NCBI GenBank assembly: GCA_030704615.1
Contig: CM060731.1
Coordinates: 5,642,001 to 5,706,000, forward strand
Direction: 5' to 3'
Source of the DNA: Takakia lepidozioides
Taxonomy: Eukaryota > Plantae > Bryophyta
Length of the DNA: 64,000 nt
The position numbers were made by a program, and so were the translations under genes. The notes under the pieces were generated by a model. That model saw only the letters and a program-made list of their open reading frames with translations. It had not been told where the DNA came from and made no database searches. Positions 25,476 to 37,957 of the stretch are shown here, in pieces. Numbering within the stretch: the stretch's first letter is position 1; every line of letters begins with the position of its first letter.

Positions 25476-28400
25476 ATGGAAAGTGATATTGTAGATGAGG
25501 ACCGGATCCGGATGCGACGTAGAAGAGATGACCGTCTATGGCGAATGGAAGAAGCTTATGCCATAAGCAATGGGCATACAAAAATGTTGTGCAACTGCGA
25601 TGAGTGTCATGGAGGAAAACTAATGTCGTTCGAAACTATGAGGAAACATTACCTGATGCACGGGAGGGATCCCCTTCTCCGTAGCTGTTCTATTCCGGTA
25701 CGATTGCCACTTCCCCTTCAAAACTTGAGTATGAATTTTTGAATTCAACGATCCACTTTACCACGTGTCCTAATTTCGTTGGGTAATTCTAGTCATGTAG
25801 TCATAATATACAGACGTCACTATGACTACGTCACTGCCCTTTTGACTTCAACTATTGCACATGTCATGTTTTCATTGGTCATCTGTAGTCATTTAGTCAT
25901 ATAGGGCTTACTAAGTGACTGCAACTATGACTTCTATGGCTACAAATGGAGTGTTTTGATTGGTTGACTCACAACATGACTATTGTGGTGCAGGGACGTG
26001 TAGATTCCGATGATGAAGATGAAGGCCCTGCGTTTCAGCGGGAGCCAAATGTCATTGAGAATGCAGATGAGGGTGGTGGATTGCACGTAGAAATCCAGCG
26101 TGCATTACATGAAGCATTTCAATTTGCTGATGCAAACAGACAAGACCCCATTCATGGTGGAACCGATCACATTGGATCTGATCATGTCGACCACATTGAC
26201 AGATAACGTTCAAGATGATTTTGATGAGAATGCTCACCTGCACGTTGATCCCGAGTATGACAAACTCTTCCAACATTTGCAATGTCTACTTTACAAAGGG
26301 TGCTCGATCAGCCGGCTTCAAGCAACTTTGACGTTGCTCATCGCATGCACTACCCACAAATGCACCAATGCATTTGTGGATGAGCTACTGGGATTGTTGC
26401 GTAAGAGTTTTCTGCCGGCCGAGAATTCATTGCCGAAAACTCACTATGAAGCAAAAACCATGATTGCCAAAATGGGATTGCAATACAAGATGATTCATGC
26501 CTGTGAGGATGGTTGTGTACTCTTCCGTGCGGAGTATGAGAAGGCAACCATTTGCCCAGTATGCCACAAGTCCCATTACATTCCTGGTCGTGGAACTGTG
26601 CCCAGAAAAGTACTGCGACACTTCCCTGTCATTCCGAGGTTGAAACGTATGTACAGATGTAAGTCAATCGCAGAGTTAATGACATGGCACGACAAACATA
26701 AGAGCCAAGATGGGTTGGTTCGACATCCAACTGATAGCAAAGCATGGAAACACATTGACACGACATTTCCAGATTTTGCTGCAGAGCCACGATCTGTACG
26801 ATTTGGATTGGCCCTTGACGGTGTAAATCCCTACGGAGCTCAATCCACCAGTTGGAGCACATGGCCCATTCTCTTGGTCAATTACAATCTGCCTCCATGG
26901 TTAATGACCAAGAAGCTCCTTGTCATGTTAGCGCTACTGATTCCTGGAAAGGAGTCTGTTACCTCTAAGATCATAGATGTTTACTTGATGCCCCTAGTGG
27001 AAGAGCTACTGGAACTATGGTCTGGGATTGTAGCTCATGATGTTTCCCGTCCTCGTGGTCAACGCGAATTCACACTGAGGGCACTGTTGATGTGGTCAAT
27101 CCATGACTACCCTACATATGGCTTGCTCTCAGGTCAAGTGACGAAAGGTTATGCTGGTTGTCCAGCTTGTGGACCCGAGGTGACTTCACAGCAATTACAC
27201 ACATGTGGGAAGACTGTTTTCCTAGGCCACCGAAGATTTTTGGCCCGCAATCATCCATACAGAAGGTCAAGAATGTTCAATGGCGCTACTGAGCATGGAA
27301 CTCCTCCAGAAACGCAGACTGGAACACAAATCAGGGAGCTTGCAACAGCTCGCACTGCGTAGGTAGAAAACGGAGGGACACCATATAGCAGGACAGACCC
27401 AGCAAAAACTGGTGGAGTTAAGCGATTCTCAATTTTATATGTCTTACCTTATTGGGAGGTAATTCCTTCATGGCCTTTAAATTGGCTGTGTACATTTTTG
27501 CGTTTTCTATTGAAATTGTGATGATTAAATGCTCAATTGCTTATGCGTTGATTTTGTAGGGCCTCCTCATCCGCCACACGTTTGATGCAATGCATTGCGA
27601 GAAGAACTTGGCTGAAAATATTATTAAGACAATCTTTGGTGAGAGAGAAACATTGAAAGTTCGCCGTGATTTGGAGCTACTTGGGATGCGCCCGGAATTG
27701 TGGCTACAACGTGATCCTGACAGAGCAGATACGTTAATTATGCCGCCTGCCCCTTATGTCCTCACTGAGGCTGAGTTAGAAGTCTTTCTCGAGATTGTGC
27801 AGAACCTGAAAGTGCCAACAGGCTACGCATCAGCTTTCAAAAAACATGTGGTGAAGAAGAAATTGTCTGGCATGAAATCACATGACTATCATGTGCTCAT
27901 GCAGCAAATTATACCGCTTGCTATCCGTGGGCTCATGGCAAGTGGTCCTCGCAGGGCCATTTTGCGAATATGTCGTGTATTCAAGAAGTTGTGTGCAAAA
28001 GTGGTGAATCCTACAGAGTATGAGGAATTGAGAACTGAAGCAGTTGTCACTCTGTGTCTTATAGAGAAGGAGTTCCCACCATCATTCTTTGATGTGATGA
28101 CACATCTGGTTGTCCACCTAGTAGACGAGTTGTACTTATGTGGGCCTGTAGCATCTCGTTGGATGTACCCCATGGAGCGGGCAATGAAAGATATGAAGGG
28201 CTACATAAGAAACATGGCAAGGCCTGAGGGGAGCATGGCAGAAGGATACCAATTTGAAGAAGCATTGGGTTTTTGCACAGAGTACACGGCATGATTTGAT
28301 GGAAGTGTACGAAGGGTGTGGGATGCAGATGAGGGTGAATATGTGGAACGTGAAGTTGTGGAAGGAAGTTGTGAAGCCCGGAAATTGAATGACCTGCGTG

Positions 28401-28950
28401 ATATTGTACAAGAGTACATCATTCAGAACCATCCTTGCCTATCAGTCATGTTGGGGTAAGAAATCTACACCATTGACATTCAAATTTCCAAGTTTTAGTC
28501 ATTTCTCAGCAGTTGGCATATGGTGTCTTTTCATATCTCCCACGCCACCTCTGTCAATCTCCTGGCTGACCCTCGGTTTGTGACAAGATATATGAAGCGG
28601 AGTCCACACGGATAGAAGCCAGACGACGCTTGTTTCGTGAGGAGCAAGGGCTGGAAGGCATGAGCAATTCCACGACAATTCAGTACCCTCCTGATTTGCA
28701 TCCATGTCCTCCATTTGCTGTTTGGCTCCCTCAAGGTGTAGGGGATCATCTCTCAACTCAATCAGATGGGCTTGATCCTACAACACGTGAGGAATTACTA
28801 TATTTTTCAAGGCCTCCATCATTTACTGCCCTGTCATTCAAGAGTATGACAGCGTATGGTAACCATTACAGGGCTATACCCCCGGCATGAACACAACAAG
28901 TATGATATCTTTTGATGGTGGAGTCTCATCTGTTTTCCAGCACCAGTCTT
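25476..28950 (+). pseudogene. CACTA TnpD transposase (Transposase_21/DUF4218 type), disrupted
   Basis: Exon 25476-25698 has LCNCDEC..HYLMHG. 26200-27458 has IHACEDGCVLF, LRHFPVIPRLKRMY, DSKAWKHID, LALDGVNP, STWPILLVNYNLPPW and HDYPTYG. 27560-28455 has DAMHCEKN, GMKSHDYH, FFDVMTHLVVHL, GPVASRWMYPMER and PEGSMAEGY. Frameshift near 26190; stops at 27360 and 28292. Confidence 0.95.
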
Positions 28951-30144
28951 TTGAAGCATGCAACCTTCGAGCTGGGCTATTTCATTCCGGAGCAGCGCGA
29001 TGACACCCTGGCCTTCATCAACCCTATTGACCAGGTAAAATGTTTCAACGTCCTGGATTTTCCACCGTATCTTTGATTCCTGAGCTACATCAACAAGATT
29101 GATCCACACCCACTTCTCCCTCGTCCACTTCACTAATTCTGACGACCACTGCTGGGAGATGCCAAACAAATGCTGCAAATTGAAACAGAACGCAACTCTC
29201 ATATCGCCTTTACCTGATTTCATGCCACTCCGCCTCCCCCACTTGTTAGTCATTATCTGGAGCCATTCAAAGCCTTGCGCTTCTTTGTTCTGCACTGCGA
29301 CCACATTGAATGCTTTGGACCGTACGTATAGGCTATTCAGGAGAAAATCATAAGGAGAAATTCAATCCAATCCAATGCTTGGGAGACGACTGTTTGGATA
29401 TAGCTAAGACACGATGGAACATGGTTACCTAGGCCTTAACCATTCCTGGGAAATTGTTTGAGAGGCTGACATATCACAAGTCAGTGCAGTAAACATAGAA
29501 GAACACCTCGATGCCTTTATTAAAGAAACTGACATGGTGATCATTCATCAAGAGACATGCTTGGCTTCGAATCGGAAGGCAATGATCTGGAGGAAATAAA
29601 TTATCAAACAAGGGATGAAAAGTGGTCACATGTTCCACTTGATAGCAATGGTACACTAAGACAAGGAGTTGATTCAGCTGAAGCTCTTGCCACCCCAATG
29701 ACAAAAAGTATGGGCAAGGAAGTCTTGCAGCAAAATGAACACACTTTGGAGAGATCTAAGGATGAGCAACAAAGTGGCAGCGTGCTTGTGTTCTCAAATG
29801 ATCAAGAGAGCAGTGGTACCCTTGACTGGCTCCCATCTCTTGCTCAAGTATCTGCGGATAAAGACAATGAAACCAGGTCAGAAATGAAGAGACTGGTGGA
29901 GACTGGTTCATGACTACCCTGCATATGGCTTGCATGAAGGTGGCACCCAAAATGGAGATAGGCAGCAGCAGTATCAAGGAAATAGAGATGAGAAACTTAG
30001 CCTTTTTTAGGCTCAGTGAGGACAGTGAGAAAGGATCAAATCTGCACACAATAGATATGCAGGAAAGTGAGGTCATCACACAATGTCATCAAGTGAGGTC
30101 ATCAATTTTTGTGAAGGAGCCAAAACATGGTAACACTACTTACA

Positions 30145-30515
30145 TCAGGTGTCAAGTTAAATAAACACAGTGTGAAACTAACTAGAATAAAGCTAGTTAT
30201 TTGTATTTAACACTTGGATTTAGTTCAAGTGTTAAGTCAGGTGTCAAGTTTAGTTTGACACCTGAACCGTCTTATCTTCACGAGAGCGTCAGTCGTGCGG
30301 CTCATCTCTCTCGAGTTGAGCCTGCACGACCGAGCTCCTTCACGCTTTAGAATCTGAGTGTGCTTATGAAGGGAGGATAGGTTGTTGTGGGGTGGAGTCC
30401 CCATAGCTTGGGGTGCCCCTGGCTTGACTACTATTTTAAAGAGTGATGGTGTTGGATTTCATGTTTCTTGTGTCAACAGTGTGTTCTTAGTTTTCTATCA
30501 CTCGAGAGAGATGAC
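30145..30515. repeat. Hairpin-rich dispersed repeat, copy 2, with its right half inverted
   Basis: 30145-30316 matches 3508-3678 directly. 30370-30514 matches 3665-3806 in reverse complement. Confidence 0.75.
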
Positions 30516-32299
30516 CTCTTACCTGTGAGTGCAAGGTAGGAGTTGAGGGTTAGCACTTGTATGATTACCTGTGTGTAAGTACTTAAAAAATGAAAATAAA
30601 ATAAAAAACATGCAGGTTTCGATCATCGTTGGTTTCTGGGTATATAGATGGTCCATGGAGGAAGGCTGCATGGCAAGCAGGGGCAAAGAACTGGTCTCGT
30701 TCTACTGGTTGAGGATAGCGTTGGTTCTGGCATGAGGCCGTCGGGGCAGGACGGAGCTAAACTACGGGGAAGCAGCCTTCGTTTTGGTCGGTGAGGAGAC
30801 ATCATGGTGTAGCAGCGATTGGCCGTTCGGAAACTGACCAAGTGCGAGACTTAAAGGGGTACCTGTAATCGAGCAGATGAGTAGAACTTCCGTGCCTGGA
30901 GATGGCCGGGCTGCTCGCCTTAGTTCGATGTGCACCGACCAGAAGCGGTCAGTGAGGCCGTGTGCAGGGTAACTGCAAGTGCCTCTCACCTTGTCATGCT
31001 CCTCGTCACACCCACACAAACGCAGGGAAGAAATGAGGTGGAAGCAGACGTGTATGTGTCAAACTTGGACTGCTTCCTGGGTTGGGGGATGCTGTCTGCG
31101 TTCGTGAGTTGTAGATAATAGGTTGCAAGGTGGAGCAATGTTGAGAGATTGGACACGTCCGGTTCCCATGCTCTGAGTGTCGAGAGCAGTCCCGCACCTG
31201 CCCTGCCTCCTGGGTGCCAACACTTTTTGTTTTGTAAGATGAAGCTGACGAGTGGTGCAGGGTACAGAAAGACTTGGAGATCGAACATGTGACCGTAGCA
31301 GTTCTCCGAGCCTCAGTGAGGCGTAGCAGCCGTTAAGGAAGAAATGGGAAAGAGTGACGTATTGTGCGGTCAGGAAAGGCAGCGAAAGAGCAGAACCTGA
31401 TTGATTTTCTGAGGAGCAGGAACTCCAAGAGCTTCGAATGTGATTGGTAATGTTGAGGGGTTGTGGAATGAGCAAGAGATAGGAATACCAAGGAACTTGG
31501 CGTATTCTGCTGCCTGGTGGTGTCCTGCAGTGCAGCCATTCGTCCATTCATTGAATGCTGGAGGATGAGCAAACATGTGAAGCAGCTTTGTAACTTGTGC
31601 ACCTGCCAGAGGAGGGAGCAAGGCCATCAAGAATTGAAGGGATGACTTGCGCTGACTCGAAGCTAGGGTTTGCAAGAGAACAAACTGGTGCTGTGAAAGA
31701 TGGACAGAGCAGAACTGTGAATAGGCTCGCTGGCAGATGGTTTGCTGAGGGGAGCGCCATAACTTAATGACTCTGGCTTCTGGAGAAGCGCTGGAAGAAG
31801 CAGCATACGTGGTCTTGGGAAATGATCAATGCACTGGTCTGATCCAGAAATTTCCCTTCTTGCCTTATTGACATCAGTTCTGCCCAATAACCAAGCGAGT
31901 GTAGCTGTGGCACTTTGAGTGTCAATTGAAAGGCTTGTAAGCTGGAATCTGATGCGGCTTGAAGAATCTGACCGTGGAGGAATCAGATAAAAGGGAGCAG
32001 GGAAGGATGACAATTTAGGCATTAATGTGGTGTCATCTGAAACTGTCGGTCCCTTGAAGACAGAAGGGGCCCAACTCACTACACGACCTGCTCGGTCTAT
32101 GTGAACAATCCAGAACTTGAGGGCAGCCTGTGCCAACTCCATGTAAAGGCTTACACAATCAGTGATAGCAGATGTGTTGTTGCCACCTTGAAAAATTAGC
32201 ACGCATGAAGGGCTGTAAGCGTTCTTGATCAAAGCTAGTTAGCTCTGGTGCTTTCCGGGGTTGCATTGTAAGTGCTTCTGCTTTTGTTGGGAATATTGG

Positions 32300-32646
32300 T
32301 GCAAAGGATTAAGGCTCGGCATCTCCATCAAAATGCTCGAATGTTGGCTCTAATTTCTCCTCTTGATAGAAAAAAACGGACTCAGGATCTGGTCTCTCCA
32401 CATGTGCACACTCTCCGCATCATCGGTGTGCTTTTTGAAGGTTTGCCACGCATGTTTCTCGGCAAGGATGCGAACATCTTGCTCCAACAAGAAATCATCG
32501 CGGGTCCATGCATCGCCCAAGCGGGTGTTGTTCATCACGTGCTCTTTATGCTCCATCATGATTTGGGCGCGAAATCTTGATCTCGTCCCATCAAATTTCT
32601 CGAGCATGCTTATATTTGACTCTCTCGTAATCTGTTGAAGAGTCAC
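32300..32646 (-). pseudogene. MULE/SWIM-type transposase fragment
   Basis: TRDDFLLEQDVRILAEK..KKHTDDAESVHMW...FFYQE resembles the segment preceding the MULE DDE domain (DAxSV..W...FFYQ). Confidence 0.5.
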
Positions 32647-32656
32647 GTGCAGAGGT

Positions 32657-33325
32657 CGGCGATCTCGCCATCATGGCACACGAACCACAACACCTCAACC
32701 GACAAGTTAACAAACTATTTAGATTCAATCTATGGTCAGGCATGGAACTCAGTTTACACAAATGCGCCATCACTACCGCCACACATCACAGTCGGCTCAC
32801 TAAAACAGCCATAGCCTCACATTGCAAACTCTATGTACACTACCTAAACACACCTTTCCCCTTCCTGGGACCAGATGAGCCATACACCTACCTAGGTATC
32901 CAATTAGTTCCCTCCCTCACTTGGCACATCCAAAAAGACTCTACATCATCCAAACTTGCTACCAAAAGTTTGTCCCTGCTCAAATCCCCAATTGCCATCC
33001 GTCCAAAACTATCAATCATTCAATCCGTATTACAAACACAAATTCAATACTCATTCCACGCCGTACCCTTCTCCCTACCAGACATCAAAAAACTTGATAA
33101 AAGTATTATCCAACTTACAAAGCGCGTATGTGGCTTACCAACTAGTACCCCTAATGCCCTCACGCAACTCCCAACTGACAACTACAGAAATGGTTCTAGC
33201 CCATTAATCATATCATATGCTTGCACATTAGGCACACAACTAAAAGAAGCACTCAACGATCCTGGACGTCTCGGTATCATTTACCAGGGCCTCCTCAAAC
33301 ACCTCGCATTAAAATACAATCTCGA
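32657..33325 (+). pseudogene. Non-LTR retrotransposon (LINE) reverse-transcriptase/thumb fragment
   Basis: (D)DLAIMA..LNRQVNKL..WSGMELSLHKC...PYTYLGIQL..LTW matches RT domains 5-7 and the thumb. Truncated at both ends, strongly A/C-skewed. Confidence 0.8.
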
Positions 33326-35110
33326 CTGGAGGAGAGCAGGTCATTGGGAAGTGGGGGTGCATTTGTAAACACAACTGAAATCCTGGGAATTATAGGTCAC
33401 GCCGCAAGGGAGTCTGTGGTGAGAACTACATGAACACGTTTGGAACCTGTTAAGATAACGTGGGAACAGCTTTCAATGGCGAGAACGTTTTGGTGATTAA
33501 AATTTAAATTAAAAAAAAAAAACCCCCTTTTGATCTAATTTAAATGATTTAGAGCCTAATTGGTCATATCTTTGTCATATGAACTCCGTTTGACACAGTT
33601 TTTGAGGGGATAGCTGCAAAAAGGGGAAATCTACCTATCTCGACCTGGTTTTAGTTTTTTGGACTCTGCTAAAAATCTATGGAATTTTTAGAGTATGAGT
33701 GTGCCATGAAAGATCCACAATTTTGTTTCTAGAACCTGTTCTGGTCTATATGAGAGACAAATTTGTGGATGTCCTCCTTGAATGGCTGGGGGAAATGAGG
33801 ACGTAATTGAAGGGCGGGTCTCTTCTCTTAGCCTGTGCACACAAGGGGACAAGATTTATGTTTCCCAGGGGGCTCAGATTGATTTGAGTGGAGAGCAGTT
33901 GGGCGAGTTAATTGCATATTGAGAGTCAGGCATTAGCAGTAGACAACAAACTGTTGTAGTTGGCGTTGAGGGCCTCAATATTGCTTTGGACAGTCAGAAC
34001 TCTGTTGGAGCCAGCAGTTCTGCAGCTGTAAGTGAAATACCAAAGTGGGTGAAAGCTAGGCTTGGAACACAGCCAAAGTCAGCCCCGGGGACCAAGGTGT
34101 TCAGCCACAAGGCCGTGGTGTACAGGAGCAGAGGAGCAGGAGCTACACAAGTTTGTGCAATCAGACGTGGTTGCAACCGGACACGCTCTACACGAGGCAA
34201 CCACAAGCGGGGGTTTATTAGCAATGAAAAGTTTGTGCTGCTTGAAGGAGATGCAGTCATTCGCAATGAGGACACCCGCAACCATCTCAAAGCTTTCGAG
34301 TTGAGAGACTGTCAGACCCTACCTTTATTTTCTTTAGTGTTCAGTGAGCGGGAGATAGGGGAGTATTGCTTTGTCTCTACCTGGCAGAAAGAGGAGGAGG
34401 GTTGGTTAGAGCGAGCTACTGGAGCTTGGGACAAGGTTACTGGTAGGTTTCTGGACATAAATATACCTCCTACACCTTACCATCATGCAGAGCGAGGCAC
34501 TTTGAGAGAAGTCTGGCAGTTGATAGCATAGATCAGGATTAGATCTTGCTTGGTTGGGCCTCTATTCTTCCCCTCCCTCTTGTTACTATTTCCATTACTT
34601 TGTACTTGTAGTTGCCAAAGCCTCTCTTGGTGGAGGCCAGTCAGTCCGAGGTTTTGGGCTGGGATATTCTGCAGGATCAGCACTGCAGATGGATTTTGGT
34701 GTGGGGGTGTTGATGTTTGATTTCTTGTGTTTGGATCCCCCCCAACACCTGCATGCTTGACTGTGCGCCATGTTGGTTTTGTGTGGGCGCTTGCTTTCAT
34801 AGGGATTAGGCCGGATTTGATCACCGGTCAATCCTAGAGTATGTTGTCGGTGGTGAGGTTGGAGTGATGACCAGCAAGACCACCAGTGTTTCTTCTATGG
34901 TGAGTCTGGGTTGATGACCAGCCAACCATAGGAGTTCTTGCGGTGGATGCAGGTGCAGGTGCCCTGAGCCACTGGGATATGACCCTTTAAACTGCAACAG
35001 GTGCCCACCCGTGTCACTATTAGAATTAGTAGTAGAGCCTTATAGTGTCACGTGGGGGAGTATACATTGTGAGTGTCATCACGGAGTTACCCAAGGGTTT
35101 TGAGGGGAGT

Positions 35111-36600
35111 ATGGCTACAGGCAGTAACAGTGAGAGTGGGTTCACAAGACGAGGTATTCGGTTCAGACCACCTTCACCTCCACCCTCAACTACTGCAGAG
35201 TCTGACACAGACTCGGAGGCTTCATCAACAGGTGTGTAGTTTCCTTCGCCATTGTTGTGGGACGACATAGAGGAGATGTATGGAGCTACCAAGGGGCCTC
35301 GTAGGTACTCTAGAGCTGTGGGCACAATTGAGCTGGATGACTTTATCTAGGAGTTCGACAACTGGTGTGATTTGCAGCAGATGCGCAATCCACAGCTATT
35401 CACCCCATTCATGGCGTGGAAGGGATTGTTCCAGCATTTGGAAGGCCCGCCAATGGACGATTACCACGAGTTCAAGCGAGGACATGAAGCAGAAATTGAA
35501 GAGTGGAGGATGTATTGGTCACCTGACTACGTCTCCATTACTCGAGGAACAACGCGACCAGTAGCGGCATCAGCACCAATACCTCCCACGGCAAGCACTA
35601 GTAGTGGAACAAGTAGTGCCGGTACTTCTGCAGAAGGTGCTACTACTCATCCTCCCCCGACTACAACACATGTGCCTGGATTCAGCCCAGTGGTGGAGTT
35701 CTTTCGGGAGTTGCGGAGGAACTACCAAGGTGTACGAACAGAGAAGCTGCGAAGTTTGCAAGACTTTCAACGCAAACCCAGTGAGAGCTTGCGAGAGGCG
35801 TACACTCGTATGAGGCGCTTGATAAGTGTGACCCAAGGGGTTACTGAAGCTCAGGCAATCCAGTTTTGGTATGGAATTTTGGACAAGGAGCTCAGGAGAA
35901 GGGTGCGGGATGCAACCCTGTTACAAGCAGCCCAACCCACATTAGCAGATGTGTTTCTGCTGGCTGAGCGGATTGAGCTCAACATGGTGGAGGAGCGAGT
36001 TGTTACCATTGGATTTGGCAAGGACATGCCTGTACAAGGCGCAGCTGCCAACCCACAGGCACAAGGGACTGCCCAACAGCGTGGTTAGGGGGCAAGGTTC
36101 CCAACCCAAATTCCATGGAGCTTACACGGGACCTCACGTGCAGAGGCCGGTAGCTTATTTTGCAAGCCAACAGCAACCAGGGGTGATATGTTGGACATGT
36201 GGAGGACCCCATGTCAAGAGAGATTGCCCAGAGAGTGGCAAAAGGCCGGCACAAGCACAGCCTGCACAGTTGCAATGTGGGCATTGTGGCAAGTATGGGC
36301 ATGGAGATGCCCAGTGTTATGACTTGCATCCTGAGTTGCGCCCAGGCCAGTTCCAAGGGAACAATGGTTGCCGGGGGCGAGGTGGACCAGCCCAGAGAGG
36401 ACGAGGTGGCCGGGCATGAGGTGCAGGCCAAGGGCAAGCTCAACATGGCCAAGGACGCGGAGGTCAGGGTGTTGACCAAGGTATGGCCAACCGACTTCAG
36501 CAGCTAGAGCAAAGGCTTGCTGCCATGGCCACAGCTCAGGTGGTACCAACTCCAAGACCTGAGGGTCCACCTCCTGTTCCTCCTCAGCAGTGTCATCCTG
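35111..36600 (+). pseudogene. Gag (capsid-like region + two zinc knuckles), frameshifted
   Basis: LDDFI.EFDNWCD..., LQDFQRKPSESLREAYTRMRRL, FWYGILDKELRRRV; CWTCGGPHVKRDC and CGHCGKYGHGDAQC; RGG-rich tail. Confidence 0.8.
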
Positions 36601-36619
36601 ACGGAGGAGACATGGAGGC

Positions 36620-37957
36620 ATGGGATTTATGTGTGGGGCAGCACTACCACTAGTGCAAGTGGAGTCTGCTGCAGCCGTCACTCGAGGAGCAGCACGAGTT
36701 CCTAAGCCACGAGGTGCAGAGGTGGAATTGGATCCACAGCGTGGGGAGGCAAGCCGTCAAGCGAGGCTTCCTCAGTCATTCACATTGGCGGAGACAGTGT
36801 CGACGCCATCCATGGCACCTAGTTCTCGCCCGACTATTACCGAGGTGGAGGTTACTATGCCATTGGGGAGAGCTACACGTGCAACACTGACACCTGCTAC
36901 CAAGGCTAGTGCAGCCTCTGTGTTGTTGGGGGCAGCCACCTCTGTGTGTCAAGCCCCACTATTCTCGGCAACCATGATTGTGATGCCGGGGGTAAGACCA
37001 GCTGCAGTGTTCAGACTAGCAGCCACACTCTGTGAGAGTGGGGAGGTCACTTCATCTTCTGCGGTGTTAGCGGAAGGTGTAGTGGCAGAGGGATCCTCGG
37101 ATTTGAGGGTCAAGATTGCCACGGCTGCGCCATGGCAAGCTGCAGCTGCCAGGTTGACGGAGCTGCCAGCTAGGCCAGCCTTTGAGCGCGCCATGGTGAC
37201 ACCTGGAGTTGTCTTGTTAGACAACCAGGATAACATTTTCACTTTGAGTGGACCGGCAGGCAAGAAGTACCGGCCACTGCGGGTCTTGTTGGACTCAGGA
37301 GCTCAGCCACTGATGTTGGGCAGAGCTGCTATTGCAGGTTTGGGCCTCATGGAGGCGGATATGGAGCCTTGTCCTTTCCAGATACAGACATCTCTGGGAG
37401 GATCAGAGCAGGCTCGGGGCATGATACGGCGTGAGTTGGCCATTGGACTACAGCCGGATCACCCTACAGATGGCTCAACGATGCAAGCCAAGGCCATTGT
37501 GACAGACGCGGTCTCGTACGATGTCCTGGTTGGTGGGGCAGTGTTGTACCCCATGGGCTTCACCCTGGATTTTTGGGAGGAGTCAGCTTCCTATAGGCCT
37601 GGATGGCAGTCTGGGGAGGGTTGTCGTGTACAGCTCCCTGTGACATTCATTGGGGGTATTGCGGCTGCCCAACGGGGCAAGATGCCAACACTAGCCACCT
37701 TTATAGCTGCAGTTAGCTGGCCTGGAGAGTTGCTGGAAGACAATGCCCATGCAGAAGATGTGCCACCTCCAGCAGAGCAGGATGACATGCATGGTACGGC
37801 GGAGTTGTCTGCCATGGTTGCTCACACTCCATTGTGGGGTACAAGCAAGGATTTGCAGCAGGCTGCTGATAGACAGGTGCAACAAGCCTGGGTAGAGGCC
37901 TTTGTACCGTCAGGAGAGGAGGAGAGTGCGGTGATTGCACTAGGACCACCTCAGTGA
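36620..37957 (+). CDS. Pol N-terminal part with retropepsin-like aspartic protease
   Basis: RVLLDSGAQP catalytic motif and SYDVLVGG (ILG-equivalent). Confidence 0.8.
   Translation: MGFMCGAALPLVQVESAAAVTRGAARVPKPRGAEVELDPQRGEASRQARLPQSFTLAETVSTPSMAPSSRPTITEVEVTMPLGRATRATLTPATKASAASVLLGAATSVCQAPLFSATMIVMPGVRPAAVFRLAATLCESGEVTSSSAVLAEGVVAEGSSDLRVKIATAAPWQAAAARLTELPARPAFERAMVTPGVVLLDNQDNIFTLSGPAGKKYRPLRVLLDSGAQPLMLGRAAIAGLGLMEADMEPCPFQIQTSLGGSEQARGMIRRELAIGLQPDHPTDGSTMQAKAIVTDAVSYDVLVGGAVLYPMGFTLDFWEESASYRPGWQSGEGCRVQLPVTFIGGIAAAQRGKMPTLATFIAAVSWPGELLEDNAHAEDVPPPAEQDDMHGTAELSAMVAHTPLWGTSKDLQQAADRQVQQAWVEAFVPSGEEESAVIALGPPQ

Larger units (their letters stand above)
19049..28950 (+). mobile_element. 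CACTA (En/Spm) DNA transposon, right end missing
   Basis: Begins CACTACAACAGA at 19049, followed by dense ATGACTA/TAGTCAT subterminal motifs. Contains TnpD (+) and TnpA-like (-) genes. No matching TAGTG terminus was found after 28950. Confidence 0.88.

Noticed and set aside
28950-30140. ORFs after the CACTA transposase
   Set aside because: No recognisable domain and no CACTA right terminus; left unassigned.
33986-34531. 181-aa ORF in the LTR-like region
   Set aside because: Non-ATG start, no motif, and it lies upstream of the PBS-like site.
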